Shown piece by piece: positions 1-9,645 of a DNA stretch of 55,960 bases. The stretch is taken from positions 1 to 55,960 of the forward strand of contig DCSW01000102.1 of assembly GCA_002325825.1 (NCBI GenBank). The letters run 5' to 3'. The translations under genes were made by a program, and so were the position numbers. The notes under the pieces were generated by a model. The model did no database searches, was not told where the DNA came from, and was given only the letters and a program-made list of their open reading frames with translations. The stretch is from Collimonas sp. UBA1456. GTDB lineage: Bacteria > Pseudomonadota > Gammaproteobacteria > Burkholderiales > Burkholderiaceae_D. Positions within the stretch are counted from its first letter, which is position 1, and every line of letters starts with the position of its first letter.

Positions 1-149
1 GTTCTCCGATAACCGGGTGACGCTGCAAACTGGCGCATCTTCCTGACGGTATTGCGATGAATTCCGAAGTAGCGTGCAACAACATGCTACTTCTTGTTTT
101 CGACCATTACTGCCCAACGTACTTTGACGTATAAATCTACCAGAAACAT
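1..149 (-). pseudogene. istA: IS21-family transposase IstA, N-terminal fragment with an in-frame stop; runs off the window edge
   Basis: Minus strand from ATG 149 (RBS GGAAAGG) reads MFLVDLYVKVRWAVMVENKK*HVVARYFGIHRNTVRKMRQFAASPGYRR, matching the IstA N-terminal HTH region. Confidence 0.8.
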
Positions 150-271
150 CCTTTCCAAATTTCTTATGTATCTCCAGATACATAAGACTACAGGCTAGGA
201 GTGGTACACTTGTAATGTGCCATTCATGGCCTGCCAAAGTGCGCCTTCCGGTTAGTCACGCGGCTTTTATA
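150..271 (-). mobile_element. IS21-family left end, copy 1
   Basis: Lies directly upstream of istA; 162-271 is a near-identical inverted copy of 3716-3827; contains an (A)AAGTGTACCACT motif like IS21 subterminal repeats. Confidence 0.7.
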
Positions 272-501
272 ATAATGGACGCCGATAGATCCAGCGGCTT
301 CGGATTCTTCTTATCGCCGCCCATGGATCCACAGGTCGACCAGTAAGGATTCCGGCTCGCTATCCTTGATCATGGCCACCGCCCAGCTTTCATCGTCGTC
401 ATGCCACAAACGTGGATCCTAGGGCACGCAGCTATCGCCGGACTCAGACTCAAGGTGGCTCCAACCGGCAGATCCGGGGCTTGCGGGGAGTTATCGTTCA
501 T
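272..501 (-). pseudogene. Conserved Burkholderiales hypothetical protein, frameshifted and truncated at the IS21 end
   Basis: Fragments DPRLWHDDDESWAVAMIKDSEPE and MGGDKKNPKPLD recall a conserved hypothetical family (WAVAMIKDGEPEP..MGRDKKNPKPLD). Confidence 0.55.
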
Positions 502-563
502 TGCAAAGATGGTCACTTCGAAAAGGCGATGAAATGTCGGTAACAGCGAATTGTATATTACAA

Positions 564-590
564 AGCGACTGATGACTCCACGCAGTCGCT
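564..590 (-). terminator. Possible intrinsic terminator of gltS
   Basis: 8-bp stem AGCGACTG/CAGTCGCT ~70 bp past the gltS stop; U-tract is weak. Confidence 0.35.
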
Positions 591-658
591 GCTCTCCCGT
601 TCTTCCTAAGTCTCGATCTCCTCCTGCCTAGCGGCGGATATTATGTAACGAAGCGGCT

Positions 659-1867
659 TCAGTGATAAATCGGCAGCGCCAGGAACAGCTTGATCACGAT
701 CGCATTTCCAATGTCGATGAAGAACGCACTGACCATCGGCACAACAAGAAACGCCAGCCGTGATGGCCCGAATCGATCCGTCACCGCCTGCATGTTAGCA
801 ATCGCAGTCGGCGTTGCACCCAATCCAAAACCGCAGTGTCCGGCCGCCAGAACAGCCGCATCGTAGTTCGATCCCATCAAACGAAAAGTCACAAAAGCGG
901 CATACAGGGCCATCGCGATCGTCTGCACGGCCAGGATCAACAGCACCGGCAGCGCCAACGAAGCCAGATCCCACAAGCGCAAACTCATCAATACCATCGC
1001 CAGAAACAGGGATAGGGTGACATTGCTGATTACCAGAATCCCACGTTCAAAGAACTCGTAGCCCACGCTCAACGACAAACCGTTTCTCAACAACACACCA
1101 ATGAACAACACGCAGACAAACGTCGGCAATTCAAATGCGGTACCACTGAGTTGGTTAGCACTCATTGTGCCGACCGTCAGGCTAACCGCAATCAGGGCCA
1201 GCGCTTCAATGAACGATTGCGCGGCAATAGGTCGCTCTGCCTTTGGCTGCTCGTAGCTTTGCGGAGGCTCTTGTTTTTCCTGACGAGTTTTGACCGTTGG
1301 CAATTTCATCCGCCTCACCAGGAATCCGGCTATCGGGCCGCCAATCAAACCTCCCAGAACCAAGCCGAATGTTGCGCACGCTATTGCAATCTCGGTCGCT
1401 GCCGCCAATCCGTGATGCTCGGAAAACACGTGCCCCCAAGCTGCACCGGTGCCATGCCCACCGGACAAGGAAATCGAGCCACTCAACAACCCAATCAACG
1501 GATCCAGTCCCATCGCTTTGGCCATACCGATGCCAATCACATCCTGCAATATCAGCAAGCCCAACACTACCACCAGGAACAACACCAGAGTGCGACCGCC
1601 GGCCTTCAGACTAGCCAGATTAGTATTCAGTCCGATGGTGGCAAAAAACGCCAGCATCAGCGGCCCCTGCAAACTGCCGTCGAACTGCACTTCAACATCG
1701 CCCAGCCCGCGTAATGCAAACAAAACCAACGCCACCACCAAGCCACCCACCGTCGGCTCAGAGATGCTATACGTTTTAAGGAAATTGGACGACGATACCA
1801 GCTTGCCTCCCAACAGCAGTACCAGCGATGCCACCACCAACGTTTCGAGTGTATCCAGAGCTATCAT
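659..1867 (-). CDS. gltS: Sodium/glutamate symporter GltS
   Basis: 402-aa polytopic membrane protein with GSISLSGGHGTGAAW and AAGHCGFGLGATPTAIANMQAV motifs. Confidence 0.95.
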   Translation of the reverse strand: MIALDTLETLVVASLVLLLGGKLVSSSNFLKTYSISEPTVGGLVVALVLFALRGLGDVEVQFDGSLQGPLMLAFFATIGLNTNLASLKAGGRTLVLFLVVVLGLLILQDVIGIGMAKAMGLDPLIGLLSGSISLSGGHGTGAAWGHVFSEHHGLAAATEIAIACATFGLVLGGLIGGPIAGFLVRRMKLPTVKTRQEKQEPPQSYEQPKAERPIAAQSFIEALALIAVSLTVGTMSANQLSGTAFELPTFVCVLFIGVLLRNGLSLSVGYEFFERGILVISNVTLSLFLAMVLMSLRLWDLASLALPVLLILAVQTIAMALYAAFVTFRLMGSNYDAAVLAAGHCGFGLGATPTAIANMQAVTDRFGPSRLAFLVVPMVSAFFIDIGNAIVIKLFLALPIYH

Positions 1868-2089
1868 TTTTATTTCACTTCTCTTTGTTGTAACTGAAAA
1901 TATATAAAAAAAACATAATATTTCTGGCGTGTAAGCACCAACCCAGCTTACCAGGATAGCTGCCCCCCTTCACAACAACATTGCCAAAGGCAAATTAAAA
2001 ATAAAAAAAGGATCTAAGGATATGGCGTTGTTGACCTTCGGTCGGTCTCAGTTTCCATGACTTGCCAAAATCAACGGGGATTTACGTTG

Positions 2090-2510
2090 ATCCGATGTGT
2101 GCGCTGCAACCAACGTTTGCAGCGTCAGCCAATCACGAGCCTGCCCTGCCACCCACAGCCCGGCATCGAGAATCAGATGCCATTGTTGTTCCAGGCTTTG
2201 CGAACATGGTGGATCAATAAGCCGGTCGGCGACGCTGGCAAGAATCAGCAGCGGCATCTGCGGTGCGTTTTCCGGCGCCTGATAGCGAATTGCAGCACAC
2301 AGCTGGCCTATAACATTGGCGCAACACTGACCGGATGATCGTGTTGATAGCTGATCCAAGTGACCAGCACCTGCGTTTGCGGGTGGGCTGTAATTGCTGG
2401 TCAGGCGCAGCAACAGATTTTCCTGGGGTTCGATATGGCACCACCCAGCCTAACAAGCATAGGGAAAACAGCGCCTGACAAAGATCAGTGGCAAAATAAT
2501 CTGGTCACCA
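2090..2510 (-). pseudogene. Alpha/beta hydrolase, C-terminal remnant
   Basis: QLCAAIRYQAPENAPQMPLLILASVADRLIDPPCSQSLEQQW resembles the C-terminus of a proteobacterial alpha/beta hydrolase; no intact N-terminus; boundaries approximate. Confidence 0.5.
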
Positions 2511-3403
2511 CTTGTATGCGCTTACAATATTAAGTAATACCACATTATGCTTCACGCTGCATAATTCCCGGGTCTCGGCTCCCATTGGTTCATCGGAAAC
2601 CCTGTGGTATCAAGGCAGACACGGCCCAATAAGCTGCCATCCAAATATCAAGACAACCTTTTCGCTGGAATTGAGCGAGGCATTACGTATCAGGTCAACC
2701 TCACTCTGGTTACAACTGGAACTGTCCTACATGCCAGTCGAATTAACCAAAGTCATTGGAACCAATCTTACCAATGCCAGTTTCTGATGCGGCGCCGCTG
2801 CCCATTTCAGGCGAGTCAGCATGCTACGCAAAAAAGACAGCAAGACATGAGTATAGGTTCGTTCGAGGCCGTGAACGCCTCCTAAAAAATCGACTACCGG
2901 CGCTTCCGGATTCTTGCCGCCTATCGGCAGCGCATAAATAAACTGGAAAACTATGCTTTTTTATCCCGACTGCGCAGACGATCTTGCTATCCAGGTAAGG
3001 TTTTTTATTTTGCATGATGCGTTCCAGCTTAATTAATTCCGACAAATCGCAATTTATTTTTTGCGATCCTAGCTTTTTTGGATTTTATAGATTGCTATAA
3101 TTTTAAATTATGTACCTAGTTGATGAGATTATCAAGGACATCTTTGCAAAAAAAGACTGACCGCCGTATCGCAAGATCGGTGTGTGCGTTTGCCTCTGAT
3201 TATAACAATTCGAGATTGGTCGCAGCACGATCACAATGTAAGGATTTCACCAACCCACCGTCGTGGGCCATACTCTAACGCCAAGAATATACCACTGCGA
3301 CAGATGATCTGCTGGTGGGTGGGGTAGTCGCCACTGCCGCTTAGCCGACCGGTGGTGGCAGCAGAGGGTCATTTCGGCTTGCTTGGTGCCCGCTGGGTAA
3401 TGC

Positions 3404-3688
3404 TTACTTTGTCAAACCGAAAATTGCATCGTAGCCGTTCTTGGCACGATCGGCTTCCTCGAGCTCATTGTTCAAACCCAAGTCTTCCAATTCTTCCGAA
3501 GCGTTATTGTATTGCTTGCTGCTGGAAACGCCGATAACCCGGTAAATTTCTTGTTTTGCATTGCGGATGCCAATCAACATTTTTTCCTGCCTGACGATAT
3601 TCAATTCCACCGTCGTCACCAAAATATTGGTCATGATGTCGTGATCGAACTCGGGGATGTCTTTGTTTCCGATCAGTACTGTTTTCAA
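3404..3688 (-). CDS. Hypothetical protein, 94 aa, apparently intact
   Basis: Open frame with TTG start, AAGAGGA RBS and protein-like composition. Confidence 0.75.
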   Translation of the reverse strand: MKTVLIGNKDIPEFDHDIMTNILVTTVELNIVRQEKMLIGIRNAKQEIYRVIGVSSSKQYNNASEELEDLGLNNELEEADRAKNGYDAIFGLTK

Positions 3689-3715
3689 TCTAGTCCTCTT
3701 ATATATATAAATAAA

Positions 3716-3835
3716 GATAAATGCAGCGTGACTAATATACCGGAAAGCGCACTTGGGCCGGCCATGAATGGCACATTAAAAGTGTACCACTCCTAGCCTG
3801 TAGTCTTATGTATCTGAAGATACATAAGACTACAG
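3716..3835 (+). mobile_element. IS21-family left end, copy 2, ending in a perfect palindrome
   Basis: Inverted copy of 162-271; 3798-3835 is CTGTAGTCTTATGTATCT-GA-AGATACATAAGACTACAG. Confidence 0.7.
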
Positions 3836-3838
3836 CGG

Positions 3839-4000
3839 CGCCTTCACAACGGCGGCAGCCCCGGCACATGAACTGATGGAAGCGCATGACGAGAAACGAT
3901 TGCGTGCCTTGCAAAAAGCAACTGACTAAAGTCAAGTTACTGATTGTCGATGAACTGGGCTATGTGCCGTTTATGGCGATAGGTGCGGAGTTGTTGTGTT
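3839..4000 (+). pseudogene. istB: IS21-family helper ATPase IstB, internal fragment
   Basis: AFTTAAAPAHELMEAHDEKRLRALQK, then after a frameshift QLTKVKLLIVDELGYVPFMAIGAELL (IstB Walker B LLIVDELGY). Confidence 0.85.
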
Positions 4001-4017
4001 CAATCTTAAGCTGGAGC

Positions 4018-4303
4018 TAGCAAGAGAAAGCAGGCCAGCCCACTTGGACATACTGTCTGTCGGCTTCCTTGAAGCCTTTGGGCGCAGTAACAGTCTGCGT
4101 AGCCTTATCATGGTGGCAACCTTCGTGGTCGCCGGAATGGTTCAGCCGGAATAGCACCCGGAACGTACATTTACTGCCCTCTTCCCATACCTGAGTGTGA
4201 TGATGTCGGCATGCTTCAGCAATTGCTTCAACTCATCTCCTACACGCAGCAACTCGTACATGACGAATTGCATATCTCGCAGGGGCGCTACATATTGGCC
4301 CAT
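4018..4303 (-). pseudogene. Acyl-CoA dehydrogenase, N-terminal remnant
   Basis: MGQYVAPLRDMQFVMYELL ... HSGDHEGCHHDKATQTVTAPKGFKEADRQYVQVGWPA, frameshifted; rest of gene missing. Confidence 0.85.
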
Positions 4304-4394
4304 GGTTCTCTCACGATAATTAAATTTATCGAGCTGCCGTCTTGGCAGAGATTGTATAAGTAGTTTGCGAAGATTTCCTGGTATCTGCAACTTA

Positions 4395-5022
4395 CTAGGA
4401 AACCGGCTTGATGTTGCGATAGCTGTCAATCAAGCAATTGAAGCCTCGTTGCGCGCGTTCGACGCTGCGGGCCTTGTTCAGGAAGCGAGCGTCGTGATGC
4501 AGCCCGAGAATCAGACCGTACATCTCACATACCAATTGATCGGCGTCGGTATCGACGCGCAAGTGTCTGGCTTCAATCGCTTGCAACGCGAAGCGATGCA
4601 GTGCTTGTTGCCAGGTACGTACCACCGCCAGTTCGAACAGGAAGTGTTCTACCACAAGTATTAAGGAAGCGTGTGGCCTACCGTGCCTGAAAGCCATGTT
4701 TGCATGCCGGATCCCTGGATTCGGCAGGTGACGATTGAAATCCCATCAGATTGCATCTATATCAGCGGCGCCGTGGAATACGACGATCGTCCTGGCGAAA
4801 TCCGCGAGCAACTAGTCAGGGTGATACAGCTTCACCACTTCGATCTCCAGATCCTCATGCGAACCGAAATGCGTGAACACGCCCGATTTACTCATGTTCA
4901 TTCTTTTCGGCCAGTATGGCGATCGTCAAGCCTTCAATGCCGTCACGACTTGCCAAAGTAATGGCGACGTCAAGAATCGCTGCGTGGGTCATTTCGCCCT
5001 TATGCATGAGTTTCGGCGGCAT
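4395..5022 (-). pseudogene. TetR-family regulator (FadP-like by context) with an internal inversion
   Basis: N-terminus HKGEMTHAAILDVA..MSKSGVFTHFGS and C-terminus LILGLHHDARFL are on minus; the middle CIYISGAVEYDDRPGEIREQL is on plus; next to an acyl-CoA dehydrogenase gene. Confidence 0.85.
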
Positions 5023-5107
5023 GTTGATGATCGGAATCTACCACAATAGTCCTGTCTCTGTCTGATTAAAATTCGCGTTTGCTAGCTTGATGACTGCTGC
5101 CAGCAAT

Positions 5108-5128
5108 AATTAGAATGCTCGCACTATT
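5108..5128. promoter_or_regulatory. Possible decayed TetR/FadP-type operator
   Basis: Imperfect dyad AATTAGAATGCTCGCACTATT ~85 bp upstream of the TetR start; resemblance to the FadP motif is from memory. Confidence 0.25.
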
Positions 5129-5333
5129 ATTTCACCAGAATAAAAAAATATAAAATGGCGACTTAGAACACCAATTCTACCGGGAATCAATTAGAAATTT
5201 ATTCGGGTTTCATTTACGCCAACTGTCTACAACGTTGCGTGCCGCCGGGCACTTCGAAAATACTCCAGGCCGCCTTACGGTAACCGGAAACACAAGTGGA
5301 AGCGATATCAAATAATCCGCTGATTCGAGTGAA

Positions 5334-5720
5334 TCAGGATTGCGCCTTGTCACGCAAGCGGCGGTCACGTTTGGTTGGGCGGCCCTTGATCTCGATGGTC
5401 GGTTCGCGGAAGAATTTGCGGTCTGTGGCCAGTTTGCCGCGCAAAGAGATTCTCCCCCTCTGTTTCACCATAAAGCGTCTACGTAATCGCCACCACACTG
5501 CGTGTATCAGCCAACAGCACGACTTCGACTTGCATTGTCGACCGCCAGTATGTCGCCGATCTTCAGATCGCGAGCGGGCTTGGGGCGTTCGTCGTTCAAC
5601 CGGATCTTGCCGTTATCGACCGCGTCGTTGGCAAATGTGCAGGTCTTGAAAAACCGTGCAGCCCAGAAGCCACTTGTCGATACGCACTGCACCAACCGTT
5701 CTGCCGACTACTTTACTCAT
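5334..5720 (-). pseudogene. hslR: Ribosome-associated heat-shock protein Hsp15 (S4 domain)
   Basis: VRIDKW / WAARFFKT..KPARDLKIGD / KGRPTKRDRR spread across frameshifts and a stop. Confidence 0.85.
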
Positions 5721-5774
5721 ATGTTACTTTATCGCCTGGCAAGCGTATGGCTTGTCAACGTCCTATTACTCCGG

Positions 5775-6120
5775 TTACACAGGATTATCGATATCGACGA
5801 ACTGGTGCTGTAAGCCGAAATGCTCGCCAAGATGGCGGCCCGGCGCCTGCATGCCGTAACGTTCGGTCGTCAGGTAGGCGACGCCGCTTTTCGATGCCAG
5901 GTACAACTTCAGACGCTTGTATTTGGCGCCGATCACACGCGCATCCCCACCGCGCCAACAATAGCCGTGATGTATCAAGATTGCATCGTCACCAGAAGGA
6001 TAATTTCTGTGCATCTTTCCACCTGCAAACCATTTGGGCAATAATCTCGGAACTGTGTAATATTTAATGTTTCGGCAAAATATTACACAGTTCGGTACGA
6101 ATTATCGACTTTTGACTCAT
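5775..6120 (-). pseudogene. Nif3-like dinuclear metal-centre protein (YbgI/DUF34), frameshifted with a large internal deletion
   Basis: [39 protein letters not shown]; canonical position divergent from degQ. Confidence 0.85.
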
Positions 6121-6135
6121 TTAGAGACCCCCACT

Positions 6136-7311
6136 ATGCGACGTTTTTGGCTGTTATTTGCGCAAACCGTAACCATCGGTTTAGCGATCTGGTTCATTGT
6201 AACGACCTTGAAGCCCTACTGGACAACAGGATCGCTAACAAGTTCACGCCTGCATATCGCGGCATCGAAGGTACCGTTGCAGGAAGTTGCACCGGGAATG
6301 CCAGCGTCGGGCTCCTACCGCGACGCCTCGCATCGGGCAATGCCATCGGTAGTGAACATCTTCACCAGCAAGGACGCCAGGCCGAGCACACTGCCGCAAA
6401 TGCTGGAAGACCCGCTGCTAAGAAAATTCTTCGGCGATCGCGGTGACGACTCGGATGACAAGCAATCCAGCCTCGGCTCGGGTGTGGTAGTCAGCCCGCA
6501 AGGCTATATCCTAACCAATAATCACGTGATCGAAGCGGCGGATGAAATTGAGGTGGCCTTGGCCGACGGCCGTACCGCAACCGCCAAAGTAGTTGGCGCC
6601 GATCCGGAAACCGACCTGGCCGTGATCAAGATCGATCTGCCGGATCTGCCGGCGATCATGCTCGGCCACGCCGACCAAGCTAGCGTCGGCGATGTGGTGC
6701 TGGCGATCGGCAATCCGTTCGGCGTCGGCCAGACCGTAACAATGGGAATCATTTCTGCGCTGGGCCGCAACCATCTCGGCATCAACACCTTCGAGAACTT
6801 CATTCAGACCGATGCCGCGATCAACCCCGGCAATTCAGGCGGCGCGCTGGTCGACACCAACGGCAACCTGCTCGGCATCAACACCGCCATTTATTCACGC
6901 ACCGGCGGCTCGCTCGGCATCGGCTTTGCGATACCGATGACCACCGCCAAGACAGTGATGGAATCGATCATCAATACCGGCCACGTGGTACGCGGCTATA
7001 TCGGTGTCGAACCGCAAGACATCACGCAAGAACTGTCGGAAAGTTTTGGCCTGACACGTAAGACCGGCGCCATCATTGCCGGCGTGGTGAAAAACGGCCC
7101 GGCCGACAAGGCCGGCCTGAAGCCGGGCGATATCCTGGTGGCGGTCGAAGGAAGACCCATTGCCGACACCACCGACATGATGAATCAGATTGCCCAATTG
7201 CAGCCGGGCAGTAAGGCCAAGCTGACCGTATTGCGCAAGACACGGGAATCGACGCTGGAAGCGATCGTCGGCAAACGGCCAGCGGTGAAACGCCAGATAC
7301 GGTCGAAATAA
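6136..7311 (+). CDS. degQ: HtrA/DegQ-DegS family serine protease with one PDZ domain
   Basis: TNNHV, DLAV and GNSGG catalytic motifs plus C-terminal PDZ; likely start MRRFWLL at 6136. Confidence 0.9.
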   Translation: MRRFWLLFAQTVTIGLAIWFIVTTLKPYWTTGSLTSSRLHIAASKVPLQEVAPGMPASGSYRDASHRAMPSVVNIFTSKDARPSTLPQMLEDPLLRKFFGDRGDDSDDKQSSLGSGVVVSPQGYILTNNHVIEAADEIEVALADGRTATAKVVGADPETDLAVIKIDLPDLPAIMLGHADQASVGDVVLAIGNPFGVGQTVTMGIISALGRNHLGINTFENFIQTDAAINPGNSGGALVDTNGNLLGINTAIYSRTGGSLGIGFAIPMTTAKTVMESIINTGHVVRGYIGVEPQDITQELSESFGLTRKTGAIIAGVVKNGPADKAGLKPGDILVAVEGRPIADTTDMMNQIAQLQPGSKAKLTVLRKTRESTLEAIVGKRPAVKRQIRSK

Positions 7312-7322
7312 AGGATACAGCA

Positions 7323-7830
7323 ACGCACATACGCGACCTCACACAATATCTTGCCGCACTATCGGAAAACAACAACCGCATCTGGTTCGTGGTTAACAAG
7401 CCGCGCTACGATGTCCTGCGAGCCGAGTTCCTCAAAGGGAGGATCCGCCTGATTGTAGACGTCAGCGAGTTCGATCCCGCAATCGCCAGATGCAATCCGA
7501 AGAAAGCACTGTTTAGGATCAATCGGGACATACGTTTTTCGCATGACAAAAATCCCTATAAGACATACTTCTCGGCATCTATCGCTGCCAGCAGGGTTGG
7601 AGAAGCCAAGCCAGGACGGCCCGGCTTATTATTTTTACATCGATACCAGCGGTAGCCTGCTGATCGCGGGCGGCGAATACATCAAGCAGAAAAATTTCAT
7701 TATATGAAAGGAATAGCACTTGAAGAAGATACCATCTGGATGCATTCTAAAAGGAGTTGATGAACAGCTTCAAGAACGCGTTTCCACTGGTTAGCTGGCT
7801 ACGCCAGATCAAAATACCAATCGAGGAATG
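7323..7830 (+). pseudogene. DUF2461 / TIGR02453 family protein
   Basis: LAALSENNNRIWF..NKPRY and FRINRDIRFSHDKNPYKT motifs; expected start reads ACG; frameshifts and a deletion. Confidence 0.8.
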
Positions 7831-7890
7831 AGAACTACCAGTTGTCATACCAGGTACTGCTACGCCCGCGCATGGCATGGCAAGCGCATG

Positions 7891-8655
7891 TCAGTTCATC
7901 TCTTTCGATTCGGTCGGCGCCTGCGTGGTCCTGGCGAACAGCGGCGCCACCAGCAGGCCGACCTCGTACAGCAGGCATAAAGGAACGGCGAGCAGTATCT
8001 GGCTCATGATGTCTGGCGGGGTTACCACTGCCGCCACCACGAACGCGCCCACGATCACGTAAGGACGAATCACTTTCAGTTTTTCCAGCGAGACCAGTCC
8101 CATGCGCACCAGCACGATCGCCACGATCGGCACTTCGAAAGTCATGCCAAAGGCAATGAACATGGTCATCACAAAATCAAAATAGTTGTCGATGTCAGGC
8201 GTCAGTAAAATCGAGGTTGGCGCAACCTTGTTGATAGAATGAAAAATCACGCCGAACACCAGGAAGTAACAGAAAGCCACGCCGCCTACGAAAAGCAAAG
8301 AGGAAGACACCACCAGTGGTGCGATGAGTTTCTTCTCGTGGGCGTACAAACCTGGGGCGATGAACGCCCATAACTGGTATAGCACCCAAGGCAGGACAAT
8401 GACAAAGGCGACCAGCAAAGTTACCTTGACCGGAATCAGGAACGGCGTGATGACGCCGGTGGCAATCATCTTGCTGCCATGCGGCAGGGCGCTCAGCATC
8501 GGCGCCACCAGGAAATCATAAATATTGGCAGACCACGGCATCAAACACAGGAACCCCACGATAATCGCAACCGAAGCTTTCATGATGCGATTTCGCAGTT
8601 CAATCAGATGTGAGATGAAAGTCTCTTCTACGCCGGTTTTTTGTTCTTCAGTCAT
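7891..8655 (-). CDS. tatC: Twin-arginine translocase subunit TatC
   Basis: FISHLIELRNR, FIAPGLY and TPPD motifs. Confidence 0.97.
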   Translation of the reverse strand: MTEEQKTGVEETFISHLIELRNRIMKASVAIIVGFLCLMPWSANIYDFLVAPMLSALPHGSKMIATGVITPFLIPVKVTLLVAFVIVLPWVLYQLWAFIAPGLYAHEKKLIAPLVVSSSLLFVGGVAFCYFLVFGVIFHSINKVAPTSILLTPDIDNYFDFVMTMFIAFGMTFEVPIVAIVLVRMGLVSLEKLKVIRPYVIVGAFVVAAVVTPPDIMSQILLAVPLCLLYEVGLLVAPLFARTTQAPTESKEMN

Positions 8656-8745
8656 GGTTCGATGGTGTATTACAAGCAGGCAGAATTTCCGATGCGCCTG
8701 CGGCTATCGATAGCAAGCCGTTGCAGACAGGAATGAGGCTCTGAC

Positions 8746-9258
8746 TCATGAAAAGAAGGAGCCCGAAACTTTGCCTTGGACAGGCCGGTATTTAGCAACA
8801 CGAGCGGCGCCCGACAACAAACTGGCTCGGCAGCCGTTCTGTTTTTTGTACCAGGATGGGATTGCACTCGTGCGCGCCAGCTTTTTCTTGCGAAAACTCC
8901 TGGCCTTGACGGCTAACTGCTCAACCCTCAAACGATCCGCTGGGTAGTCGCTGTCATTGCTGCCGGAATCAGTGCTATCGCCCCATGCGGCTCCCAGGGA
9001 GCTCTTGATATCGGATACGCTTTGCGAAATGCTATGCTTGAAGTCGTCGGCGACTTCCTGCACGTCCTGCCGCATCTTGAACAACTCTTCCAGCTCAATC
9101 TCGCGGCTGACTTCCGATTTTACGTCATTGATATAGCGCATGGCGCGACTGAACAGCGACCCCACCATGCGCGCTACGGTCGGCAGTTTTTCCGGACCGA
9201 TCACAACCAGTGCGACGACGCCAATCAGTGCGAGTTTAATAAGACCAATATCGATCAT
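8746..9258 (-). CDS. tatB: Twin-arginine translocase subunit TatB
   Basis: MIDIG..VALVVIGPEKLP; lies between tatA and tatC. Confidence 0.95.
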   Translation of the reverse strand: MIDIGLIKLALIGVVALVVIGPEKLPTVARMVGSLFSRAMRYINDVKSEVSREIELEELFKMRQDVQEVADDFKHSISQSVSDIKSSLGAAWGDSTDSGSNDSDYPADRLRVEQLAVKARSFRKKKLARTSAIPSWYKKQNGCRASLLSGAARVAKYRPVQGKVSGSFFS

Positions 9259-9315
9259 AGGAGAATAGCGGCCAAGGCTATGGCAAGCCGGCTTGATAGT
9301 GCCGGCAACGACGAC

Positions 9316-9525
9316 TTAGCTGCCGGATTTATCCTTTTCTTTGGCTGTCACATCGATAGCGATTTTGTTCGCTTCGGATTTTTCTTCCTCGTCCTTGACG
9401 CCATCCTTGAAACCCTTGACAGCCTTGCCCAAGTCGGAACCTATATTGCCGATTTTTTTGGTGCCGAATACCAACATCACGATGATTAACACAATCAACC
9501 AATGCCAAATACTGAACGAACCCAT
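9316..9525 (-). CDS. tatA: Twin-arginine translocase subunit TatA
   Basis: [27 protein letters not shown]. Confidence 0.97.
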   Translation of the reverse strand: MGSFSIWHWLIVLIIVMLVFGTKKIGNIGSDLGKAVKGFKDGVKDEEEKSEANKIAIDVTAKEKDKSGS

Positions 9526-9645
9526 TTTTTCTCCTAGCCGAACACTGTGTGTCCCAGCCTATTAATCAAATCAAATTAACTATCAACTTCTTACATCCAT
9601 CGGCAGTGCCGATAATCCTTCTACACGGAATCAGCGCCGACCGCA

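Noticed and set aside
2512-3400. Short ORFs and weak dyads (e.g. ATCGCAA-N8-TTGCGAT at 3046-3067) suggesting an sRNA or small genes
   Set aside because: No recognisable protein or RNA family; most likely decayed sequence
3798-3835. Palindrome arm loosely resembles the Tn5/Nextera mosaic end (CTGTCTCTTATACACATCT), suggesting adapter contamination or an IS50-type end
   Set aside because: Several mismatches, and the same sequence is embedded in the IS21 end at 162-193 directly upstream of istA
4619-4827. Programmed phase-variation switch in the TetR gene
   Set aside because: The IRs are only 8 bp and imperfect, no invertase is nearby, and further frameshifts would leave both orientations non-functional
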